A DNA stretch of 64,000 bases from Mobula hypostoma (lineage: Eukaryota): assembly GCF_963921235.1 (NCBI RefSeq), contig NC_086108.1, forward strand, positions 33,606,001-33,670,000, written 5' to 3'. The notes below the pieces were generated by a model. That model saw only the letters and a list, made by a program, of their open reading frames with translations. It was not told where the DNA came from and did not search any database. The position numbers were made by a program, and so were the translations under genes. Positions 1-13,430 of the stretch are shown piece by piece (within the stretch, counting starts at the first letter, position 1; the number at the start of each line of letters is the position of its first letter).

Positions 1-1277
1 AAGGACATGTGCCAGGAGGGAGATCAGTGGGGGAGGGATGAATGGACAAAGGAGCCCATGTAGGGAACGATCCCTGCAGAAAGTAGAAAGTGGAGGTGAG
101 GGAAAGATGTGCTTAGTGGTGGGATCCCGTTGAAGATGGTGGAAGTTACGGAGAGTTATGTGCTGGACGTGGAAGCTGGTGCAGTGGTAGGTGAGGACAA
201 GAGGAACCCGATCCCTGGTGGGATGGCTGGAAGATGGGGTGAAGGCAGATGTGCATGAAATGGAAGAGATGCAGTCGAGGGCAGCATTGATGGTGGAGTA
301 AGGCAAGCCCTTTTCTTTGAAGGAGGAGAACATCTCCTTCATTCTGGATTGAAAAGCCTCATCCTCAGAGCAGATGTGGCAGAGATGGAAGAATTGAGAG
401 AAGGGGATGGCACTTTTACAAGTAACAGTTGGGAAGAGGTATAGTCCAGGTAGCTGTGAGAGTCAGTGGGATTATAATAGACATCAGTAGATTAACTGTC
501 TCTAGAGAAAGAGAGAGAAGGAGAAAGGAGAGGGAGGAGTCGGAAATGGGCCAGGTAAATTTGAGGGCAAGGTGGAAGTTGGAGGCAAAGTTGAAGAAGT
601 TGACGATCTCTGCATGGGTGCAGGAAGCAACACCAATGCAGTCATCGATGTAGCGTAGAAAAACTTGGGTATTGACACCAATATATGCTTAGAACATAGA
701 CTGTTCCACGTAGCCGACAAAAAGGCAGACATAGTTAGGACCCATGCGAGTACCCATGGCTACATCTTTTGTCTGAAGTGGGAGGAGCCAAAGGAGAAAT
801 CATTGAGAGTGAGGACAAGTTCTGCCAGACAGAGGAGAGTGGTGGTGGAGGGGAACTGGTTGGGTTTGGTGTCAAGAAAGAAACATTGAGTCTTTCCTGG
901 TGGGGGATGGAGGCGTATAGAGACTGGACATCCAGAGTGAAAATAAGATGCATGGGGCCAGGGAACTTGAAATCATTGAAAAGATCAAGAACGTGTGAGG
1001 TGTCATGGATGTAGGTAGGAAGGGACTGAACCATGGGGGATAAAACTGAGACGAGGTATGCAGATATGAGTTCAGTGGGGCAGGAACAAGCAGAAACAGT
1101 GGGTCTACCTGGACAGGCAGGTTTGTGGATCTTGGGTAGGAGGTAGAAATGGAGGTTTGGGGTGAGGGAACTATGAGGTTGGTGGTAGTGGATGGGAGAT
1201 TCCCAGAGTTAATAAGGTTGTTGATGGCGTGGGAGACAATGGCCTGGTGCTCCTTAATGGGATCATGTTCAAGGGGC
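1..1277 (-). mobile_element. Degenerate Penelope-like retroelement, RT region (runs off window start)
   Basis: ORF 735..1034 gives LPTYIHDTSHVL...IFTLDVQSLYASIPH (PLE RT motif). 700-845 is the reverse complement of a homologue of 13431-13570. Frameshifted. Confidence 0.85.
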
Positions 1278-1399
1278 AAGAAAGCAAGCAAACCTGGTTC
1301 TGAATTGTACAGGTTACAGTGGGACTGTGTGTACTGTGTGCAGAGTTGGAGACAGTATACTGATATTGGAGTCACTGTAAAAGAGACTCACTAGAATAA

Positions 1400-1915
1400 T
1401 TCCTGGGGTGAGAAAATTGTCCTATCACAAGCAATTAAAGAAATAAGATCCATGTTCTTTGGAGTTTGGTAGTACAAGTGGTAATCTTTCTGAAACATAA
1501 CATACTGAAAAAGAATTTCAGGATGTGTATTGTATACATTTCTCTGACCTTAAATGTACCTTTTGAAGGAGCATTATAGGATAAACGTCAAGATGCTTCC
1601 TCCAGTGGGAGAACCTTGAACAAGGGGACAGTTCTACGATTGAGGGATGATTATTTAAAACTGAGAGGCACGGGAACTTCTTGTAGAGGGTAGTAATCTC
1701 TGGAGGTATGTACCGCAGAGGACAGTGGAAGATAAATCACTCAGGGAAAAGGAAATTGATAATTTTTTAAAACATCAGAGAAGTGGGACTCTAGGGAACT
1801 GGCTGAAAGGAGGAAATGAGAACTGGGATAGAGTAACCATGATCACATTGAATGGAGGGGCAGGCTTGAGGATTCAAATGTCTTACTTCCACTCCGATTT
1901 TCTTACATTCTTATG
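1400..1915 (+). mobile_element. Old CR1-type LINE 3' fragment
   Basis: Similar to the other CR1 3' ends in the window (gagggtagtaatctctgga..., ccatgatcacattgaatgg..., ttcttacattcttatg tail). Confidence 0.6.
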
Positions 1916-3139
1916 AGATGATAAAGGTACCAATTCCTCTTCATTACTGTTCTGTTGATGACAGACTTTGGATTTCACAGTCCACAATATTTACAATAAA
2001 AAGGGCACACTGAATTTTTAAAAACTGCGATATGAAGTTTTGAACATGCTATGAATAAATTTTCAGTGTATTACTATAGCATTACAACTGACTTCAGGAC
2101 ATATTCATCAACCCCTTCTTTCTCCCCACCCCCGCCTCACAAGGAACAGAAATATGAAAATAACTACTAAGATTTGCCATAATCATCACTGACAATTTGG
2201 AGGCCCACAGGCTATCTGTGACCTCTCTCTAAGGGTACCCAAAATATTAATCCAAATACATAAAATATATACTTCATTCACTCATTGCCTAAGAGCATCT
2301 GAGGGCAAGACAAACACAATGTCAATGTCAAACTGATCATGAGAAAACACTGATATGTTGCTTACTTGAACTACTGCACTCCACATAATGAACATATTTC
2401 TGCAAATTAATGTGAAGTTCCAGGAAATTTCCCTGGCAAAGATTCAAAGTACACTTACTATCATCCTTCAGAATTGGACATTCACACCACCGATGAGACT
2501 AAACAACACCCAAAAGAACTAGTTGACCACAGCATAGAAAGGTGAAAATACAGGGGTAGAACAAGACTGTTTGATGGCATGTTGCATTATGGAGCATTAA
2601 ACCTACCCTGGGGGATGCTCAGCCACATATGGCAAGATCTACAAAGTCATGGATGGATTGATGATAGTACAACTATTATTTTCTCCTGTGCAATTAGGAT
2701 TGAAGAGATGGGGTGCTCCGAGTGTTTGCAGATAGACTGAAATTGTTAACCTACCTGTCTCATGGTGGTATCTGCCTATAGTTTAAATCTGCCTATTGCA
2801 TTGAAATTGATCTTCAGATTGTAACATCTACTGTTAATCCCTTCAGTTTCCTGGGAGTCATTACCTAAACTTTACCACCCTCTTTCTGCTTCTTTCAGTC
2901 TATCTTTTTTTGCTGTGTTTAGTTGCTTTTTGCTAATTAACTCTATCTGCTTTAGGGTTACAGGTTAACAGCATAGGTCCTGGCGTGGAAGACCCTACTT
3001 TTGAGAATAATTAAAATCTGCCTGTATCATTTGTTTAGTAAGTTAACAGGTGCTCCCATTAATTATGCTGAGTAAAATCTAGAGAGCGCTTGGTATGAAG
3101 ATTCCTCCTAGCTGATGAACTTAACTAGAACAGTCTTGG

Positions 3140-4000
3140 TGTAAGGAATGACACATTACGGACAAGGTCCTGCATAAGAGGTTGGTCAAGAAGATTCAGT
3201 TGTTTGGCATCCAAGATGAGAAAGTAAATTGGATTAGTCATTACCTTTGTGGGTGAAGCCAGACAGTGGCAGTAGATGGTTGCCTCTCTGACTGGAGGCC
3301 TGTGACTAGTACTGCAGGGATTGATGCTGGGTCTGTCATTGTTTGTCACCTATATCAATGATCTGGATGATAAAGTAGTTAACTGGGTCAGCAAATTTAC
3401 AGATGACATGAAGATTGGGGTTGGAATGGACAACGAAGGCGGCTATCATAGCTTGCAGCAGGATCTGGACCAGCTGGAAAATGGCAGATGGAGACAAGTG
3501 TGAGGCAAGACCTACCAGGGTAGGTCTTACACAGTGAATGGCAGGGGATTGAGGAGTATAGTAGAATAAAAGGATCTGGGAATACAGGTCCATATTTCAT
3601 TGAAAGTGGCGTCACAGGTTGAAAGGGTTGTAAAGATTGACTTATGAAGGCCAATGTACCAAAATCTAAGTATTGAGTGTAGGAGATGGGATGTTATGTT
3701 GAAATTGTATAAGATGTAGGTGAAGTATCGTGTGCAGTTTTGGTTACCTACCTACAGGAAACGTGCACTGTAAATAGGGTTGAAAGAGTACAGAGAAAAT
3801 TGACAAGGATGCTGCCATGTCTGGAAGACCTGAATTATAAGGAAAGATTAAATAGGTTAGGACTTTATTGCTTGGAATGTAGAAGATTGAGGGGAGATTT
3901 GCTAGAGGTATACAAAATTATGAGAGGTATAGACAGGGTAAATGCAAGCAGGCTGTTTCCACTGAAATTGGGTGGGACTACAACTAGAGGCAAGGGTGAA
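3140..4000 (+). mobile_element. CR1-type LINE, RT C-terminal fragment
   Basis: LFVTYINDLD...SKFTDDMKIG (decayed FADD motif) and ERVQRKLTRMLP...YKERLNRLGL...RRLRGDLLEVYKI. Confidence 0.9.
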
Positions 4001-5959
4001 AGGTCAAAATCACCCCAAGTAGCAATAAAAAAGTGAGCAACCGGATACCAAAAACACATCATAACCTGAACTATAGAGTCCAATCCACAAACCGTGTTGA
4101 TAAAACCTTGACCCAGACCCAGAACTCCAGAAGCAAGAAATTTATTTCTATTTTAGGATGGAATTTGATTTGGAGGGCAGCTTAATGGTGGTGGCATTTC
4201 CCGTACACCTGGCAGTCGAGGTTTTAGCTTTGGGAAGTTCTGTCAAAGATACAGTGAGTGCATTGTAGATGACAATGTCTATATTCACAGTGCACTGCTA
4301 GCTGACTACATGCTTAGGATAAGAGATGGAGTCAAGTAGACTAACTTATTTTGTCATTTTAGATCATGGAGAGACTCAAGTGTTTGAAGTGAATACTGAG
4401 CCTCTGATCTCCTTGAGCAGTTGCAGCAGAAACAGGTGTTCCCAGCTGAAGTTTCTGATTGTTGGTGATCCATGGGTTATTGATGGAAATGTTGGGCAAT
4501 GGTAACAGTATTGCCATTTATGTGAATTGTAGGTAGTAAGACTCCTCCTAGTTAAACATGATTATTGCTTTGTCATATATAGGACGTGATTGTTATCTGT
4601 AGTTTGTCAACCATACCTGAATGACGTCCGTTATTTGCTTCTGCTCGTGGGTGTGCCACCACCCACCCCCGGTTAGCCCATTTCAGCACCTGTGCTGCTT
4701 TTGTAAAATGTCTCACGGCCCTAAAAACCAGTATCAGCTCACCCGCTGGGTTCACCAGCCAATTTAAAATTTTAAAAATGGTTAAAAACTATGGGGACTG
4801 GTGTAGAGATCATATTCCCTCCTAGACTGGCATAATGACATTTCACTACACTTGCCTATATTTAATTTAAATCGTCAGGGCTGTCAGTCTGAAATTAAAT
4901 CTACATATTATAATTTATATCAAAGAAATATATGTTGGAACGAACTCTGCCATTGAGCAAAGTCATGACTAATCCAGTGTCATACACATCCCCTAATGAT
5001 TTTTATATCCTTTGATTCTTTTAATATTCAAATATTCTATCAACTTAGCATTTTATAACTGTATAGCCATAGTTTTGAGGTAAAGAACTCCAAAGATGCA
5101 AAATAAAAAGCTTTTTAAACCTTTTCACATAGTTCAAATTCTTTATCCTTGTCTTTTTTTCTTGGTTCATTTTGTACTTACAACAAAACCAAGGCATAAA
5201 GAGTTTCTGAACTACACGGGATTATGCTTTGTTGTGTTTTAATAGCAAATCCACACATTTCATTGAGCATTTTCCCACTCTTAAATGGTTGGTTCCTTAT
5301 CCTGGGTCTGTTCTTGTTCTAAATTCACTAGTATTTTGTACCCGTACTATCAAGCTATCAAAGTCTCAGTGAGATCATTTTTTATACTTCTAAACTCAAG
5401 TGAGCAAAGACCAGTCCTGTTCAATTGTTCCTTATAAGGCAACCCTCTTATCTTTTGAAATTGGCCAAGTGAATCCAAATTGTATTCCTTCAAAGGCTAG
5501 TATAGTTTTTTGATGTAGACCAAAAAATACAGTCTCAACAAAGCTTCCTTCATTTTATTCTCCAACTTCTTTGCAATAATGCCAACATAACATTTGATTT
5601 CTTATTTGCCTGCATGTTTACCTTCTGCATCTCATGAACCAACAAAGCAAGATACCTCTATAATTTCCATTTACTAGTTTTTCACCAGTTTTTCTTCTCT
5701 TTGTCAAACTGCACAATGTTATATTTCTTTCATTACAGTATCCGCTACATTTTGTCACTGCCATAACATGTCTGTATCCCTTTGCAGATTCTTTGGGTCT
5801 TTGTAACAGTTTACCTTACAAGTCTAAAGTGTTCACAGAAGTACCTTTGGTTACTGACCTTCCTTTAACTTACTGAAATACTTATGTGCATGCCAAAGAA
5901 TTTTGCTATCTGGATAGTGTCCTGTTATTCTTTTGCTGACTTCTACTATTTTAGCTTTT

Positions 5960-6840
5960 ATTTTGAACATTGAACACAGAACAGATCCTTTAGCCTATGA
6001 TACTGCACAGAACTAATTAAGCTCATGACATCTAGTCCCTTCTGCCTTGCACATGGTCCATATCCTTCTATTCTCTGAATGTTCATGTGCCTATCAAGAG
6101 CCTTGTAAACACCTCAATCCTATCTACTCCACAACTACGCTTTCAGTGCATTTCAGCACCCACCACTCTGCGTAAATAAACTTTCCCCACACATCTCCTA
6201 TAAACTTGCCCCCCCCCACGTTAAATACATGCCCTTTAGTATTAAGCATTTTGACCCTGGAGAAAAGATGCTGGCTATTTATTCCTGTCACAACTTTATA
6301 AACATCTATTAAGTCTCCTCTCCTCCTATTAGGTCTCGAATTCAGAAAAAAAAACAGGTAAGATCCTAGTAAATAACTTCTGCATCCTCTCTTTAGCCAC
6401 AAATTCCTTCCTATAACTGGGCAATAGAACTAAATGCAATACTTCAGATGCGACCTTACCGGAGTCTTATAAAGGTACAACATAAATTCACTGACCGTTG
6501 AACTCAGTGCCTCTACTAATAAAGGCAATCATGCCAAATGCCATCTTTACCATTTTATCTACTTGTGCAACAACTTTCAGAGAGCTATGGACTTGGATCC
6601 CAAACAAGACACACAAAATGCTTTTTTCCATAGATACTGCTTGGCCTGCTGAGTTCCTCCAGTATTTTATGTGTGTTGCTCAGATTTCTAGCATCTGCAG
6701 ATTTTCTCTTGTTTGTGACTTGGATCCCAATATCCCTCTGCACATCGATGCTGTTAAGGATTCTGACATTAACTTCTCCTTTTTATTTAATCTTTCAAAG
6801 TGCAACATCTCAAACTTACCTGGATTAAACTTCATACAGT
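5960..6840 (-). mobile_element. CR1-type LINE 3' fragment, interrupted by a short Penelope-tail insertion at 6604-6716
   Basis: ORF 6124..6402 RRRGDLIDVYKV...FSRV...TKGH; gaacattgaaca-type tail near 5965. Confidence 0.75.
6604..6716 (+). mobile_element. Short Penelope-tail-derived insertion with 14-bp target duplication
   Basis: GACTTGGATCCCAA at 6590-6603 and 6717-6730; body matches the PLE 3' tail at 15040-15125. Confidence 0.8.
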
Positions 6841-8129
6841 ACTCCTAACATGTGTATATATATGTTTCTTTACTTGCCTAACGGTTCTGCAATTTGATTT
6901 CCAATTAAGTATATTGATAGTTAAGCTAATTGTCATTTTATGGTTACCCATTACAAATTCATTCAGCAATAACTTTCTTTAATATGGTGAGGATTAGTCA
7001 ACATTTCTTCTCTGGAATATCGATAGACAGCAAGCACACAGGAATGAGGGTTTTGTACAATTAATTTTTGATAGCTCAATATATAATTTATGTGATTACT
7101 TCTTTATATTTAAGCAAAGGATTGACAAGGTCTTTATGTCCTCTTACACGTTTCACTCATTCTTCTTTTGAATTTGATAGCACATAAAGAGAAGCTCATC
7201 AACTACAATCATGTTCATTTAATAATATCTTTAATACAGTAAAATGTACAAAGACTCATCATAGGATTAGCTATTGTACAATACTCGCATTGAGCCATAA
7301 CACCAGGCATTAGGATAACTGAGGGAGAAGTTTTTAGTCTTGTCCTATGGGTAAATTGAGAGGCACAAAGGAGGGAATTTCAGGAATTAGATCTCACTCA
7401 GCATATAATAGTCCAACCGGTACAATTACTTCAGTTTAAAGTGAGATTACTCATCGATCTGGTTACTTACGTTTAAATTTTGAATTGCCCTATGAACTTA
7501 AGAAAGAGGAGTAGGGATAGCCTAACTGGCCCCCTCAGCCTGCTTCTTCATTGAATAATGTCTTTCCTGGTCCAATTTTGTCTTTGGTTCCAGGTTCATG
7601 CCTCATCTCCTACAGACCTGTCTACCTCAGGCTTTAATATGTTCAATGACTCAGCCTTCACCGCTGCTTAGGTAACTGAATTTCCAAAGCTTCATGATCC
7701 TGTGAGAGGAGCAACTTTCACTCACCTCTTTCTAGAACATTTTATTCTGAAGCAATGTCCCATACATTTAGATTCCTCCACAAGGAGAAGCATGATCAAG
7801 GACGGAAAGCGTGACGAAGGAGGTCTGCAAAACATTTACCTTTTCAAACCTCCTTATAATCCAATATGATTCATTAAGATCACATCTAATCCTTCAAACT
7901 GTCAATTATAGGGTCAACTTTTCTTCAAAACCGCCTAAACCCCTTCTTTCTATCTATTAATTGCTTTCAATGCTATCATTATTAGGCACGGTGACCAAAA
8001 TTGTATGTGGGATTCCAGTCGTACCAACACAATTCAGAGTTGCAATAAGCTTTACCTTTTAACTCATCCACCTGGCAACGAAGATCAAACTTGCTTTCCT
8101 AATTTCTTGCTTACCTGCTTGCTCACCCA

Positions 8130-9740
8130 AAGTTCAAAAGTTCAAAGTAAATTTATTATCAAAGTCACTATATACAACCCTGAGGTACATTTTCTTGTGG
8201 CCATCTCAATAAGTCTATAGAATAATAACAATAACAGAATTCATGAAAGACTGCTCAACTTGGGCATTCAACCAGTGTGCAGAAGACAACAAATTATGCA
8301 AATACAAAAAGAAAGAAAAAAAATAATAATAAATAAATAAGCAATAAATATCAAGAACATAAGAAGAAGAGGTCTTGAAGTGAGTCCATTGGTTGTGGGA
8401 ATGTTTCACTGATTGGGCAAGTGAAGTTGAGTGAAGTTATCCCTTTTCATTGAAGAGCCTGATGGTTGAGGGATAGTAACTGTTCTTAAACCTAGTGGTC
8501 TGAGTCTCAAGGGTCCTGTACCTTCTTCCTGATGGCAGCAGTGAGAAGAGAGCAATCCCTGGGTGGTGGGGATCCCTGATGATGGATGCTGCTTTCCTGC
8601 GACAGTGTTTCATGTCGATGTGCTCAATGGCTAGGAGGGTTCTACCAGTGATGGACTGGGCCATGTCCACTACTTTTTTTTAGGATTTTCTGTTCATGCG
8701 CATTCGTGTTTCCATACCAGGCTGTTATGCAGCCAGTCAATATACTCTCCATTACACACCTATATAAGTTTGTTAAAGTTTTAGATGTTATGCTGAATCT
8801 TCGCAAACTCCTAAGAAAGTAGATGTGCTGCCATACTTTATGCATAATTGCACTTATGTGCTGGGCCTAGGACAGGTCCTCTGAAATAATAACACCGAGG
8901 AATTTAAAGTTGCTAACCCTCTCCACCTCTGATCCTCTGGTGAGGACTGGCTCATGGACCTCTGGTTTCCTCTCCTGAAGTTTAATCAGCTCCTTGATCT
9001 TGTTGATACTGTGTAAGAGGTTATTGCTATGGCACTGTTCAGCCAGATTTTTAATCTTCCTCCTATATGCTGATTCATCACCACCTTTGCTTCAGCCATT
9101 GACAGTGGTGCCATCGGCAAACTTAAATATGGCAGTGGGGCTCTGCTTAGCCACAGTCATAAGTTTAAAGCAAGTAGAGCAGGGAGATAAGTACACAGCC
9201 TTGTGGTGCACCTGTGTTGATGGAGATCATGGAAGAGATGTTGTTGCCAGTTTGAACTGGCTGGGGTCTGAAGTGAGGAAATCCATGATCCAGTTGCACA
9301 AGGAGGTATTGAGGCCAAAGTCTTGGACCTTATTGATTAGTTAATGGGGTTAATAGTATTGAATGTTGAGCTGTAGCCAATATAGAGTATTCTGATGTAT
9401 GCTTCTTTGCTGTCTAGATATTCCAAGGATGAGTGAAGGGCCAATGGGATGGCATCTGTTGTGGATCTTTTGCACATCTTTTGCACCAGTAGACAAATTA
9501 ATGATGAATCCTCCATATTTTGATGGTCAAAGCGAGCGTAGAAGTGATTGAACTCATTTGGGAGCAAAGCCCTTCTGTTGCCTTTGTCACTTGATTTAAC
9601 CTCATAAGAGGTGATAGTATTCAAGCCCTGCCACAACTGTCAAGCATCCTTCGTTGCTTCAAGTTTAGTCCGACTTCCCATTTTGTGCATGAGATGGCTT
9701 TCCGGAGATCATAACTAGACGTCTTGCAACTCTCCATGTT
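8130..9740 (-). mobile_element. Rex1/Babar-type LINE, 5'-truncated and degenerate
   Basis: [48 protein letters not shown]...LYRCVMESILTGCITAWYGN; TTRFKNSYYPSTIRL; (tttgaac)n-like tail near 8130. Confidence 0.85.
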
Positions 9741-10034
9741 TCATGCATGAAAACATCAATGTCTTTTTGGCCACCACACTTTGTTGTTTCTGTCCATTTA
9801 AACAATACTCTTCTTTCCTATTTTCTTACCCTAACCGGCAGGCTTACATTTTGCCACATTATACTGCATTTGCCACATTTTTGGTAAAATATTTAACCTA
9901 CTTACAAAATACATTATTGCAGATTTTGCATCTTCCTTACAACTTCCTTTCGCACTTATATTTCAATTGTATTAGAATTGGAATCACTAGCATACGTCGT
10001 GAAATTTGTTGTTTTGTGGTAGCAGTACAGTGCA

Positions 10035-10308
10035 CGTGGCCAAGTGGTTAAGGCATTGGACTAGCTACCTGAAAGTCGTGAGTTCAAGCGCTAGCTGAGG
10101 GAATGTGTTGTGTCCTTGAGCAAGGCACTTAATCACACATTGCTCTGCGACGCCAAGCTGTATGGGTCCTAATGTTCTTCCCTTGGACAACATCGGTGTC
10201 GTGGAGAGGGGAGACTTGCAGCATGGGCAACCATACAACCTTGCCCAGGCCTGTGAAGACTTTCCAGGAGCAGACCCATGGTCTCGCAAGACTAATGGAT
10301 GCCTTTTA
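10035..10308 (+). mobile_element. tRNA-derived SINE with 8-bp TSD
   Basis: A box TGGCCAAGTGG, B box GTTCAAGC, CORE-like GTGTCCTTGAGCAAGGCACTTAA; ACAGTGCA duplicated at 10027-10034 and 10309-10316, inside a Rex tail fragment. Confidence 0.85.
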
Positions 10309-11269
10309 ACAGTGCAAAACATAATAATAAAAATAACTCTAAATTACAATGAGAAATATATAATTAATTGTACATGATTGTTAATAATTGTACACAATTG
10401 TTAGCAAATTTGCCAACAATATTTTCTCTAACATTGTCCATGGTTATATCAACAAAATTCATGGCTTACTTATGAAGCCCATTTTTTCCATTTTCTGTAA
10501 CACTTTATACAGTATATCTCAAATATTGTATTTCTTTTGTAACCATTATTTTGTATATTTTATCTGATCTAGTTGTAGTTTGTGAGCTGCTTTCTTACAC
10601 CCTTTTCCTCCTGCTAGGTTTAGAGATTTTTTTTTGGATGATTTTTGCACTGAAGTGCATTTGGAAAAGAGACCAACTTGTAATAAATAACTCCAAAAAA
10701 AAAAGGGAACTGCATATTCTCTAAATTTCTGAAAATGAAGCATGGTTAACATGCAAAGTAGAAATCATTTTCTCCATCTTGCTGAGAGCGTAAAAACGCA
10801 TTTCACCCAGTGGCATAGATCTTAATTTAGCGTAATTGTGTAAAATGAGTTATAGTGAATTATCCCTCGCAAATTTACTTTCATCAATTAAACCATTAAA
10901 TGACATAGAGATGAAATTCAAATGTGACCTTGTCTTGCCAATATGCCCTTTACTGCACAATGTCAATAGTATTTTTTTAGGTCATTTTGGAAAATCCTTT
11001 GATATTTCTACGTTTTGCGAAAGAATAGGGGAATAGGGAACATCTTCAACTAGGGTAAAAGCTGTGGGATGAGAGCGGGTTTTATATAGTCAAATTCATA
11101 TAAAACCATAGGAGCAGAATTAGGCCATACAGCCCATTGGGTCTGCTCCACCATTCCATCATGGCTGATTCATCAGCCCTCTCAACCCCATTCTTCCTGC
11201 ATTCTCCCCATAACCGTTGATGCCCTGACTCCACAGGAGCATATGCAATTCTGATAAGTAGTACACACC

Positions 11270-12160
11270 ACTGAACTTAAATGAAAGTGCAACCCAGAAA
11301 ATGAAGAAATTATCACTAAAGAAAAAGTTAACCAGTGGATGAGCATGACCCTCCATGGAAGACATCCCCATAGTCTGAGCTGACTAGATGTCGACCAGGA
11401 AGTTTCGAATGCCCGGCTCAGAGATGGACACCTCTTTCCAGAAACAGATGGTTTCTTTGTGGCAATACAGAACCAGGTGGCTAACACAAAAAAAAATCAA
11501 AGTACATAATAAAAGACCAACAAGTTCAAGACGATAAATACAGAAAAAGCCAAGGGAAATCAGAAACTATCCAATGCATTACAGGATCCTGCAGTTTAAC
11601 TCAATTGGTTTACTTACACAGTCATAATCAAGTGGCAAACATCATTCACGAAAATTTTGCTTTAAAATATAAACCCATAAAAGACACCATACCTTACTAT
11701 AAATATAAACCTGATCCCGTTTTAGGGTTAGAGTCCTACAAATTATATTATGATTATCCATTATTACGGACAGGATAATTCATAATAACCATCTGGATAT
11801 AATATTGCATGATAAACAAGCAAAAATATCTCACTAGATATAGCCATTCCAAGCACACATAGCATAAAGAAATCAATAGTGAAAACATCAGAAATGTACT
11901 GAATTACAAGGGGAAATTGAAAGACTATGGATCACGAACAGGGTATACATTGTCCCAATTGTGATATCTACAACTACTATCATCCCAAAGTCACAACACA
12001 ATAGCACTAAACAATTTAGGCCTACACAGCAATATTTATGTAAATCTTCAGAAAGCTACAATACTAAACACCGTTAAGAGTTCCTTGCAATTGAGAAATG
12101 AGTGTGCTTGGCTCTGCCTGTACCTCAAGCTTTAACAGCTAGAGTTGAGAACAAAATTTT
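11270..12160 (+). mobile_element. R4/Dong-type non-LTR retrotransposon 3' fragment (zinc-knuckle and restriction-like endonuclease region), degenerate
   Basis: Hand translation across frameshifts, in order: LHGRHP, PETDGFFVAIQNQV, ETIQCITGSC, HNQVANIIH, NNHLDI (decayed NRPDI), LDIAIP, IVPIVIS, LQKATILNT. Confidence 0.8.
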
Positions 12161-13430
12161 AAAAAGTAACATTTTGTCATAAAGAGTTACAGCTCAGAAA
12201 CAGGCCAGTTTTCAACCAACCATTTACATCAATCCTGCATGAATCCCACTTTTTACTCACCCCACATACTCATCAATTTCCCTGAGATTCTAACATTCAC
12301 CTACAGGCCTAGGGTAATTTACATGAGCAACCCAATCTTCTTCCAGATGTGGGAGGAATGTGGAACACACAGAAGAAGAACACAAGCTTCACATGGACAG
12401 GACATGAGGTCAGGATTTCTGGTGCTTTGATGCACAGCTCTACTGGCTGTGCCACTGTGACTGATAGATATACCAATATGTAATGAATACATAACAGATT
12501 GTTTCAAACGTGCAGCTACCCTAATTTTTCCACTGATGCTAATCATCTTAACAGCAATAATATTTTGATGATATAGCTGAAAATGATTATTTCTGAATTT
12601 TGGAGAACAATTTGTACAAAGTAAAGCATATATAATTAGCTGAGAAGGGCATCAAGTATTTAATTGGGAATTGAAAACAAGATGTGTAAGTTTTCAACAT
12701 GGACACTACATTTGGTGGAAATCAAAAATAAAACAGAAAAGGCTGGAAATACCAACAGATATCTGTGGAGAGAAAACACAGTTGAGGTTTCACATCAATG
12801 ACCCATTTCAGATGCTTCTGTCTACATTAATTCTGCTCGTCTCCAGTAGACATTGTGCCACATTTACTGAATGTTTGGCTTACTTGCCAAAACTTTCTGG
12901 ATTTATGTGCATATAGAGGTGTGATTTGGAGAATTAATAATGGTAATATTTGCCAGGTTGAAATTTGGCTAAAAATACTATTGAGTAATTTCTAAAGCTG
13001 AAATATTTAAAGAAATGCTGGCGTGTAGATGTTGGGTGGGCTATACCTTAAAAAATATTTCAGTTGCCTCTGGTACCCCATGCCACATGTTTTTCCTTGT
13101 GGGACTGTTTATCGCTTCTCAATGGTGTATATCAGTATTTCTTCTGTACAACCCTGACAATCGTCTAAAGGACACTGAAGGAAATGTATAAGACTATGCT
13201 AGAGGAAGGAATAATCTTGAACACAATGGTAATCAATACCAAAGAAGGCTGCAACAATAAAAATAATAGGAACTCTCATAATCAATAAAAATCAAATGTG
13301 GTCAAAACGTAATGGGGTTTTGGATTAAAAACATATAAATTACTGAAATTAGTAGTACAGTTTAAAGGATTCATAAGTTGCAATCAAGCACTGCAGAATA
13401 TAATGCATGTACAGATGAGATAGATCAATA

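Noticed and set aside
4600..4770. Promoter-like patch (TGACGTC, CCAAT, some CpG) for a neighbouring gene
   Set aside because: No adjacent exon or ORF of a recognisable gene; short motifs alone are insufficient.
10035..10105. tRNA gene
   Set aside because: The A and B boxes continue into a SINE body flanked by a TSD, with no proper acceptor stem; it is a SINE head.
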